The notes beneath the pieces are model-generated. The model was not told the DNA's origin, did not search any database, and saw only the letters and a program-made list of their open reading frames with translations. Below, in pieces: positions 1 through 7,160 of a stretch of 64,000 nt of DNA (positions within the stretch are counted from its first letter, which is position 1; each line of letters begins with the position of its first letter). The translations under genes and the position numbers were made by a program. Location of the stretch: assembly GCA_029974015.1 (NCBI GenBank), contig JARKUF010000009.1:1167-65166 (forward strand). The letters are read 5' to 3'. Origin of the DNA: Spirochaetota bacterium (GTDB taxonomy: Bacteria > Spirochaetota > UBA4802 > JAGODF01).

Positions 1-205
1 GGTTGGAAAAGATGGATTCTTTCATTGAATTGAATATTGTTACAGTCGTACTATGAAGGCCCAAGTATCACACGGAGCGTATTTTTCAAGCAGATAATAT
101 CATAAATATACCATCATACTTTAAGCTGCTCATCAGCATCCTCGCCCCGGCTTTCCGGTAAACGGACGATACCAACAACTGGGAAAAACATAGTGCCTAA
201 TCTAG

Positions 206-410
206 AACTCGAAGAAAGGGATCGGCGAATCGAAGGAACCGGCAGACAGGCTCATCGGCAAGCTGCCCGGCTGTACGGGCTACGTGGAAAAGGGTCAGAT
301 GAACGAGGACGGCCGCGTGGTCCGCGGTTTCATCGCCGAAAGGCTTTTAAAGCACAAGAAGGCCGACGGCGTCATCAGGCAGCAGACGCGTAAGTGCGAG
401 ATAAGATATC
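206..410 (+). pseudogene. possible gene remnant of unidentified family
   Basis: Open frame after TAG 203-205 with GC-rich third positions and protein-like sequence (LIGKLPGCTGYVEKGQMNEDGRVVRGFIAERLLKHK). No convincing start or RBS, and the frame runs into the 3' end of alkA on the other strand. Confidence 0.25.
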
Positions 411-429
411 CCACAGAAGAGGGACAATA

Positions 430-1077
430 TTATTTCTTCTTCACCGCCCCCTTATCCACCAACCCTTCAATAACACCACTCGAAATTTGCCAGAGGTACA
501 AACTTGCCACTGGGGCATAGGGCGAATAACGTCTGTGGTATTTGCGAAAACGTTCGCGGTCAATATCCCTGAGTCCGTAAAGCATACGCATGCCGCGTAA
601 AATGGCAAAGTCGCCATAACTTAAGATGTTGGGACGCTGCATGGTAAAAAGCAGGAGCATTTCGGCGGTCCATACGCCAATTCCGGGCAGTTTTGTCAAT
701 TGGATAATCACCTCTTCGTCTGGCAGAGTGTGGAGTTCGTCCGGTTTAAGTGCACCCGTGTAAAATGCATCGGCTGCCGATTTAATATAGGCCGCTTTGC
801 GGAAGGAAATACCAAGCTGTTGCAAATCATCAAGCGGAGTTTGATAAATAATATCGGGAGTAATTTCCTCCAGACGCGTCTCAAACCGGCGCCAGATGGT
901 ATTCCTCGCTTTGCTTGAAATCTGCTGGCTCACAATGGCATGCGCCAGCGAGGTAAAGAGGTCAGGCTCTACCGCTCTTTTTATTACCCCGATTTGTTCG
1001 ATGGCTGAACCCAGCTTTTTATCAGCCTTTTTCAGGTAATCAACCTCTTTTTTGCCATATTGAAAGTATGGTGTCAT
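430..1077 (-). CDS. alkA: DNA-3-methyladenine glycosylase II (AlkA/HhH-GPD family)
   Basis: IVSQQIS, HhH motif LTKLPGIGVWTAEM and catalytic GDFAI. Start set at MTPYFQYG (ATG 1077); the ORF-track extension to 1176 runs into the repeat element. Confidence 0.9.
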   Translation of the reverse strand: MTPYFQYGKKEVDYLKKADKKLGSAIEQIGVIKRAVEPDLFTSLAHAIVSQQISSKARNTIWRRFETRLEEITPDIIYQTPLDDLQQLGISFRKAAYIKSAADAFYTGALKPDELHTLPDEEVIIQLTKLPGIGVWTAEMLLLFTMQRPNILSYGDFAILRGMRMLYGLRDIDRERFRKYHRRYSPYAPVASLYLWQISSGVIEGLVDKGAVKKK

Positions 1078-1120
1078 GTTTTTTTGAACTTGTTGTTTGT
1101 TTTGTGTGTCAGAAATATAT

Positions 1121-1239
1121 GGCAACCTCTTATATTTAGGCTTTCCCGCCCGCCGAAGGCGGGCGGGAAAGCCCAAGTCCTGAGTATGTCAGTAGTTTCA
1201 ATTCATGGGAACTCCAAAAATTTAATTTTTAAGGTTCCC
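1121..1239 (+). mobile_element. ~120-bp MITE-like element, copy 1
   Basis: Starts GGCAACCTCT and ends AAGGTTCCC. Flanked by ATAT (1117-1120) and ATAT (1240-1243). Central hairpin GGCTTTCCCGCCCGCC-GAA-GGCGGGCGGGAAAGCC. Confidence 0.85.
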
Positions 1240-1658
1240 ATATAGGATTCGCAAAATTTTTAAGGACCCTGTCAAGGAGCTTTTCCCCCGGCTGGAGGTT
1301 TCATGACCGCGGAAGCGCTGCTGACAATTGTCGCTATGCCGGGAGGGGCTGCACTCCGGGGGGCAGCTTCCTGGATATTCAAGCACGATAGCGGCATCTT
1401 GAATATACATCACGTGACCGGTATTATACAGTGTCTTCACAGAATTTTTCCCACGTTGATCCGGTTACAGTCATGGTGCGATACTTTGAGGGTGCATACC
1501 TCATTGCAGGAAACTTATCATGCAATCAGCCGCCCGTGTGCTGCCGCCCCGGGGCAGTCCGGACAAACCATAAAAATAATTGCATTTTTCCCAGCGTTCA
1601 AATACTATTTCCCGATGAAACACGCGATATCCTCACCCCCAGGACGAGATTCAACCTG

Positions 1659-1964
1659 ATGAGCAAAAAATGGCTCGCTTATACCGGGATCTGTTTGATT
1701 CTTTTATCTTTTACCGCTTTTCTTATATCCGAGCCGCACCCTCAGGCGGCAAAGCTCCTTTTTTCCGGCTTGATGTGCCTCGGCTCCGGGCTGATACTTG
1801 CCTATACAGCCATCACCGGCAGGGTGCCGCTCCGCGTGTCGGGACCATGGCCCCATTTCGGCGAGCGTTTTTTTTCCGCGGCCTTCGGCCTCCTGATATA
1901 CCTGGCCCTTTTCGGAACCATGATATACTACTTTTTTATTGCCATAAGTGATTATATGAGATGA
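1659..1964 (+). CDS. small hypothetical membrane protein (about 3 TM segments)
   Basis: From MSKKWLAY, three hydrophobic stretches. The upstream part of ORF 1431 looks non-coding. Confidence 0.65.
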   Translation: MSKKWLAYTGICLILLSFTAFLISEPHPQAAKLLFSGLMCLGSGLILAYTAITGRVPLRVSGPWPHFGERFFSAAFGLLIYLALFGTMIYYFFIAISDYMR

Positions 1965-2033
1965 TCACGCTTCAGGTGCCAGCGCATTACCGGCTACCGG
2001 ATAAATATTGAATCGTTAAAAAAGAGGCCCCAC

Positions 2034-3131
2034 ATGATCAGCCATGGAACCAGGGACCTTCCTGTACTCCGGGAAAGCATCCTACCAGTACTTTTTACGC
2101 TCATGTTTGTTCTTCTCTCCACGTCCTGCAAGATCACGGAAGTCCCCCCGCAGAAGATCGACTCCGTGAGGGACGCGGTAAATTATCCTCACGCCGAATC
2201 GTTCACATTCACCGGAATAGCCGAAACGGAACACCTGGGAATATACACCTGGCGCAATCCCGCATACAAGAGGCCCTTCGGGTCGGACGGAAAGCCTGAT
2301 CCTTTCGCGATGTGGGTCGTACCTGTCGTAGACCGGCCGGTCCGCGGGTCCGGCGTCGTTTACATGTGGGCGACCCTTGTTGTGTCGGGAGCAAACAACA
2401 GGAACGACGATAAAATACTTGATGAATGGCTCGACACATTGCGCTCGTCCTTCAACGGTAAAGAGGTGAAAGCACGCGTAATGGTCCGCTCCGGCGACGA
2501 GAGGGGTTCGGGGTGGGAAAAGGCCATCAGGAATGCGGAGCTGAAACACGGACTGAAATCCCATCCCCTCGCCCCGGTTGTGGCCTGGCCGTCCACGAAA
2601 GCATCAGCTGATAAAAATCCAACCAGGGTTAGTATTCAAGAAACACAAAATATGTATATTATTCAAGTTGTTCCTCTGATTTTTTTAGCATTCCTCATTG
2701 CCTTCGCCCTCTTCTACCGCAGGGCTCTTCTCTCACGGCTCCCGCCCCGGCCCGGAGAATCAATCCTGAGCGAAGAGTACGGGGTAGCCGTTTATGAGCA
2801 TAGTGGTCCCCGCATAAAATGCTATAACAACTGCCGCGTACGCCTTACCGATTCGCGCATCATCATTGCCCAGAAGCTACCCCTTCTCCGCGACTCCTTC
2901 TATCTTCGATTTATTATACAATACAATGTGGATAAGGCCAGAACTGATCTCCTGACAATTTTAAAGAAGGGCTACTACGATATTGAGGTTCCAGCATCAC
3001 TGATTACCCTTACGGAAAAGGGCACGGAAATATCGGTGACTCTTCCTCTCTATCCTGTCTCAAGGCGCACCATTGAGTTCAAAATACGGCGCTCCGGAGA
3101 GTTCCTGCGCGTATTCCCGGTACGGCAATGA
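2034..3131 (+). CDS. hypothetical protein: N-terminal lipoprotein-like part plus a second part starting with a TM helix (possible fusion of two genes)
   Basis: 365-aa ORF with lipobox-like LLSTSC and an internal in-frame ATG at 2652 (MYIIQVVPLIFLAFL) after an AT-rich linker. Confidence 0.6.
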   Translation: MISHGTRDLPVLRESILPVLFTLMFVLLSTSCKITEVPPQKIDSVRDAVNYPHAESFTFTGIAETEHLGIYTWRNPAYKRPFGSDGKPDPFAMWVVPVVDRPVRGSGVVYMWATLVVSGANNRNDDKILDEWLDTLRSSFNGKEVKARVMVRSGDERGSGWEKAIRNAELKHGLKSHPLAPVVAWPSTKASADKNPTRVSIQETQNMYIIQVVPLIFLAFLIAFALFYRRALLSRLPPRPGESILSEEYGVAVYEHSGPRIKCYNNCRVRLTDSRIIIAQKLPLLRDSFYLRFIIQYNVDKARTDLLTILKKGYYDIEVPASLITLTEKGTEISVTLPLYPVSRRTIEFKIRRSGEFLRVFPVRQ

Positions 3132-3352
3132 ATGATCAAAATTTAAGGCCGGAATACCGGGCTTTCAGGGCTTTGTAAAAGCTTGTGTGATTACGAGGGA
3201 TTCTGATAAACGAAATTGTGTCGACTGGCCCCAATCTGAATGCGGAGCTTTTCTCAATCAATATCCCAAAAAACTTACTACAAGCCCAAGTCCGGGGCAC
3301 CAAAGATCGTAACAACCACCGGAAGTCTTTAACGCCGCTCAAGGGCTCCCGG

Positions 3353-3531
3353 CTATAATATCTTACCGGTATTCAGTATACCCTCGGGTCGAAGGTATTC
3401 TTTATGCGCTTCAGGAGCTCGACCTCCCTCCCTGACAGGACCGGCCCGAGGCGGCATTTTCGGATAAAACCTATGCCGTGTTTACCGGCAATCGTACCGC
3501 CGAGCGATACTTCGCGCCGGTATATTTTCAT
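3353..3531 (-). pseudogene. remnant of the C-terminus of a FAD-linked oxidase (GlcD/D-lactate dehydrogenase-like)
   Basis: Minus strand reads GGTIAGKHGIG...ELLKRIKNTFDPR, then after a 1-nt frameshift ILNTGKIL*. This matches the family terminus GGTISGEHGIG...IK..FDP.GILNPGK; the rest of the gene is absent. Confidence 0.75.
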
Positions 3532-3627
3532 GCGGGTGGTAAAAATACCCGCATGAACGACACTTCGTTAAGCAACCGCAAAAAACTGTATTTTCATCTC
3601 CCGGTCGCAGGCGGTTCTCAATAACTA

Positions 3628-3656
3628 TTGACAAACAGACCAGGCATCCTTATACT
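3628..3656 (+). promoter_or_regulatory. sigma70-type promoter upstream of element copy 2 and the HTHP gene
   Basis: TTGACA-17 nt-TATACT. Confidence 0.7.
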
Positions 3657-3701
3657 TTCGTGAACTGAAGCTTTCAGCTTCGTGCGCCTGTTTTCATTTA
3701 A

Positions 3702-3821
3702 GGCAACCTCTAATAATCAGGTTTTCCCGCCCGCCTTCGGCGGGCGGGAAACCTTAGTCCTGAGTATGCCAGTAGTTACAATTTAAGGGAACCTCAAAAA
3801 ATTTAATTTTTAGAGGTCCCC
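3702..3821 (+). mobile_element. ~120-bp MITE-like element, copy 2
   Basis: GGCAACCTCTAA...TTAGAGGTCCCC, flanked by TTAA on both sides. Hairpin loop is TTC. Confidence 0.9.
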
Positions 3822-3896
3822 TTAAATGACATGCGCGGGGGCTGAAGGAGTTATCAACATCATCGCCGACAGTATTAACGAGGAGGTTTTTTAATC

Positions 3897-4127
3897 ATGG
3901 CAGACACATGGCTTACGTCACTCATCACAGACACGCCGCAGGCTGGCTTTGAGCTTGCCATCACCATGAGCCGCCGCGCCGTTAAGTACACCCAGCCGGA
4001 CGCGGCAGTCAGAGAGAAGCTTCGCCCCGTGTATTCTAACGACGCGGATTCGCTTATCGCCGCGTCTCAGGTTGTGGCCATCAATTTTCAAACCGTCGCC
4101 GCGGCCAATAACTACTGGCGCAAGTAA
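3897..4127 (+). CDS. hexameric tyrosine-coordinated heme protein (HTHP)
   Basis: 76 aa matching the HTHP pattern W..L.T.TPQ.GF.LA...SR.AVK.TQPD..VR..LR.VY...FQT.AAAN.YW; RBS AGGAGG upstream. Confidence 0.92.
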   Translation: MADTWLTSLITDTPQAGFELAITMSRRAVKYTQPDAAVREKLRPVYSNDADSLIAASQVVAINFQTVAAANNYWRK

Positions 4128-4135
4128 GAAAAACC

Positions 4136-4176
4136 ATCCGGCGGAAAGCCACACATGATGCGGCCTTCCGCCGGAT
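4136..4176. terminator. hairpin between the convergent HTHP and DJ-1 genes
   Basis: ATCCGGCGGAA...TTCCGCCGGAT inverted repeat. Confidence 0.5.
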
Positions 4177-4240
4177 TTCCAAAAGTCACCAAAACGTCAG
4201 TGTACAACACTCGGGAAACCCGCTTATAAAAGGGGAAATT

Positions 4241-4873
4241 CTATCGGACTACCAGCCGGTCTTTTTTCATTAAATTCCACTGTTCCTGATACTCCATGAT
4301 ATAGGCCACCTTATCCACAAAATCCTCATCATAACCAAATCGTTCCAACAGATAAAATCCCATTTCAAGGCCCGATGTAATCCCACCCGCAGTGATGATC
4401 CTGCCGGTATCGACGACCCTATGTCTGTCGATCTCGCATTTCGGAGCGATTTTAGCCAGTCGGTCAATGGGTACAATCGGTTCACCCGGATCAGCGTTCT
4501 TGCGATTGGTTGCCTTAAGACCATCCAGAAGACCCAGTATGCCATAAACCCACGAGCCTGTACATACACTGACCAGCAGCGTTTTATCCGGCAGGCCTTT
4601 GACAAAAGCGTGCAGACGGCCATTGTGCATTTCCGCCCTTGAACCGATGCCCCCGGGAATTAAAAAGGCGTCCATATCCGGACATTGATCAAGGCTGTAA
4701 CGGGGGTTCACACTCAGATTTCCGGTAGCCATAACCGGGGCAAGGGAATCACCCACCAAAAACACATCCAGTTCCGGATCCATCCGCCGGGCGACGGCAA
4801 ATACCCCTATGGGACCCGCCCAGTCAATGACTTCCGCATTATTGTATATATAGATCCCCAATCTTTTGGCCAT
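4241..4873 (-). CDS. DJ-1/PfpI family protein
   Basis: AEVIDWAGP, LIPGGIG, nucleophile elbow SVCTGS and IITAGGITSG. Start MAKRLGIY with a GGGAGG RBS. Confidence 0.92.
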   Translation of the reverse strand: MAKRLGIYIYNNAEVIDWAGPIGVFAVARRMDPELDVFLVGDSLAPVMATGNLSVNPRYSLDQCPDMDAFLIPGGIGSRAEMHNGRLHAFVKGLPDKTLLVSVCTGSWVYGILGLLDGLKATNRKNADPGEPIVPIDRLAKIAPKCEIDRHRVVDTGRIITAGGITSGLEMGFYLLERFGYDEDFVDKVAYIMEYQEQWNLMKKDRLVVR

Positions 4874-4939
4874 ATTGATCCTCCCTGTACCTAAATTATT
4901 GAATTGAAATTGATACGCGCTTCCTTTGAAGCAGGCGGG

Positions 4940-4968
4940 AGTATAGTAACCCGACCTATGTGTGTCAA
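4940..4968 (-). promoter_or_regulatory. sigma70-type promoter of the DJ-1 gene
   Basis: Minus strand TTGACA-17 nt-TATACT. Confidence 0.7.
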
Positions 4969-5004
4969 GTTTATTTTTGTCATAAGGTGTTGGGTGTGGG
5001 TGTG

Positions 5005-5087
5005 ATGTCCTTTCCTGGAAGAAAGAAAGCATCCAGGACACAAAGCCCGCGGTGGCACGCCGCGCATGCCGCAAAGCAAATTCAACT
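5005..5087 (+). repeat. 83-bp direct repeat, copy A (partner at 6526-6608)
   Basis: Ungapped alignment with 6526-6608; about 13 mismatches counted by eye. Confidence 0.85.
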
Positions 5088-5304
5088 TCCTGTAAAACTC
5101 TCGTCAGCATAACCTGCTCCTTGCATCGCAATATTCCACCGCCTGGCCCATCGCGCAATACGTCTTTTCTAAGATGGGCCAGGTTACAGGCTAAAAGAAC
5201 CACATGCGTTAAATCGCCGCTTTGAAAGTTTTTCAGAGTTGACAAATGTAGAAAAATAAGGCTGTGTTTTTCCATAAGTAAAGGACACCCGCAAAAACTC
5301 ATAT

Positions 5305-5419
5305 GAGGGATCAAAAACAATATTTTTAAGGTCTCAAAATTTGTTATTGCTGACATACTCAGGAATTACAATTTCCCGCCTGCCTTCGGCGGGCGGGAAA
5401 TCTGAATTTTGTGACTGCC
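5305..5419 (-). mobile_element. MITE-like element, copy 3 (degenerate, reverse orientation)
   Basis: Contains CTGACATACTCAGGA (reverse complement of the core TCCTGAGTATGYCAG) and hairpin ATTTCCCGCCTGCC-TTC-GGCGGGCGGGAAAT. Both ends are diverged. Confidence 0.8.
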
Positions 5420-5519
5420 CTAAACATTAAGGTTTCGCGGTCAACGGATTTTGGCCAATGCTGGAACGGCAATGTCGCTTCAGGGTAAAATAATAAAATG
5501 AAGCTGATGGTAGCGTACA

Positions 5520-5846
5520 ATGTCGAACGATGAAATAATACTAAAAACCGTGGATGCCCTGACGGCAGCCCTGGGGCTGCGTCTGAGGCGCATCGTTCTG
5601 TACGGGTCCATGGCGCGAGGCGACGCAGTCGCCGGTTCGGATATCGACTGTTTGGCCGTAGTCGACCGTATCGACAGCACCCTGCTGGACGCGCTGGACG
5701 AGACCGCGGCCTCCATGCTACTTTCGCATGGAGTGGTGTGCTCCTTCGTACCGGTGGCCGAGAAACATTACCGCAACGGCGAACACAACCCGCTTCTGGT
5801 AAACATTGAGCGTGAGGGCAGAGTGTTGTGGCCGAAAACGGCTTAA
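5520..5846 (+). CDS. minimal nucleotidyltransferase (MNT), antitoxin-like
   Basis: LYGSMARGD...SDIDCL pol-beta superfamily motif; 108 aa. Confidence 0.92.
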   Translation: MSNDEIILKTVDALTAALGLRLRRIVLYGSMARGDAVAGSDIDCLAVVDRIDSTLLDALDETAASMLLSHGVVCSFVPVAEKHYRNGEHNPLLVNIEREGRVLWPKTA

Positions 5847-6238
5847 AGGCCCAGATAGAGGCCATGATGGATAAGGCGGCACGTTCGATCGAGGCGGCGC
5901 GTGCCCTGCTGAAGGGCGGCAACTCCGATTTCTCATCGTCCCGCAGCTATTATGCCGTGTTCTACGCCATTCAGGCGCTCCTGCTCACTAAGGGGTTGGT
6001 CTATTCAAAGCACGCCGGGGTCATTTCGGGATTTAGTGAACAATTCATACGCCCCGGCGACTTCCCCAGAGTGTATGCCAAATACATAAGCCGCCTCTTT
6101 CGCGAGCGCCACGCGGGCGATTATGATTTCGCGCACGCCATAACTGAGGAGGACGCAGCTGAAGACTTGCGAATAGCCACCGAGATGGTGGCGTCTATTG
6201 AAGCGTACCTGAGCGAACGGCATCTATTGAAGAATTAA
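5828..6238 (+). CDS. HEPN domain protein (UPF0332-like), partner of the MNT
   Basis: SRSYYAVFY, SKHAGVIS and R..GDY motifs; overlaps the MNT gene. Confidence 0.9.
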   Translation: MAENGLKAQIEAMMDKAARSIEAARALLKGGNSDFSSSRSYYAVFYAIQALLLTKGLVYSKHAGVISGFSEQFIRPGDFPRVYAKYISRLFRERHAGDYDFAHAITEEDAAEDLRIATEMVASIEAYLSERHLLKN

Positions 6239-6350
6239 ATACCGCAGTGCATATTGAGAATACGATAAGCTGAATAAAACGGCATTCATTTCAAAACAAG
6301 GAGCTCTAATCCTGAAAGCAAACGCGACTGCAAAAACCTCTGTGGCAAAT

Positions 6351-6523
6351 CCCCCCGCAACTACGGACACGGATGTCCGGTAATCCCGGTGGGCACAGGA
6401 TGTGCCTTCACCGGGCTACAGCCCCTCGCGGACGCTGAGTAGGGCGCAGCCCGTATCGAAGCGCGGCGCCTGAGCTAATGCGCGGGAGGGGCGTGGGGAG
6501 GGGGTCGCGTACCTCCTCCCCAC
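6351..6523. repeat. GC-rich multi-hairpin (REP-like) element
   Basis: Hairpins CGGACA-CGGA-TGTCCG (6364-6379), CCCGGTG/CACCGGG enclosing GGCACA-GGA-TGTGCC (6385-6415), CGCTGAGTA...TATCGAAGCG (6433-6463) and GTGGGGAGG/CCTCCCCAC (6493-6523). Confidence 0.6.
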
Positions 6524-6525
6524 AA

Positions 6526-6608
6526 ATGCCCGTTCCTGGCAGGATGAAAGTAGCCAAAACACAAGGCCCGCGATGGCACGCCGCGCCTGCCGCAAAGCAA
6601 ACTCAACT
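6526..6608 (+). repeat. 83-bp direct repeat, copy B
   Basis: Aligns with 5005-5087. Confidence 0.85.
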
Positions 6609-6760
6609 CCAATAAAACCACAAGCGGCAGATTCACGCCAGAATCACTGACAGCTTCAGGCTTAATTTCCCCGGGAAAGAACTACATCGAAAAAAAACGG
6701 ATGTAGCGCTGCATTTTTCTCGATAATTAAGCAAGAGACCCCTCTATCCTGGAGAATGCC

Positions 6761-6979
6761 ATGGAACAAGTACAAAGAAGTTTCAATTTTACCGTAACAC
6801 CGGCAAATCGCCCGATAAATGATGCCGCTTCAGCGGAGTCATTGAAAACCGGAAACGAATCAATCATCCTTGAAAAGAGCGTATGCCGGCTCCTCGATGA
6901 TTATGTTCGCCGTTACACTGATGATGAATCCATCATCGAATTAAAGGGAAAGCTCATCAGGTATATCAGAAGCATATAA
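6761..6979 (+). CDS. small hypothetical protein
   Basis: 72-aa ORF with an ATG start preceded by GGAGA. Confidence 0.55.
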   Translation: MEQVQRSFNFTVTPANRPINDAASAESLKTGNESIILEKSVCRLLDDYVRRYTDDESIIELKGKLIRYIRSI

Positions 6980-7039
6980 TGCGCGTTGAAAACAGCAGCA
7001 AATGCCCGCGTCAACCGGACCATCTCCTTTGATTTTGCG

Positions 7040-7068
7040 TTGACAGGGCCGACGCTCCGGATTATCTT
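7040..7068 (+). promoter_or_regulatory. sigma70-type promoter of pgm
   Basis: TTGACA-17 nt-TATCTT. Confidence 0.55.
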
Positions 7069-7160
7069 CGCGGCAGGCTAATGCGCGGGAAAGTCAAAAT
7101 TCCCCTGACGCCGTATGCCGCGGCCATCTTCCGCGGAAAAACCAGAAACGGAGCGACAAT

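Noticed and set aside
1078..1176. N-terminal extensions in the ORF track (alkA to 1176, DJ-1 to 5356) and recurring peptides such as FPARRRRAGKP and FSRPPKAGGK
   Set aside because: They are translations of the repeat element or other intergenic DNA. The family-typical starts lie downstream.
1222..1659. ORFs 1303-1659 and 1222-1440, and a faint MBL-like remnant on the minus strand (INVGKI..KTLYNTGH)
   Set aside because: No RBS or convincing motif; the similarity is too weak to call without blastx.
5005..5087. c-di-GMP-I (GEMM) riboswitch, suggested by GAAA...GGACACAAAGCC
   Set aside because: It lacks the 5' GGCAAA segment and the tetraloop receptor, and the second stem is too short. cmscan would settle it.
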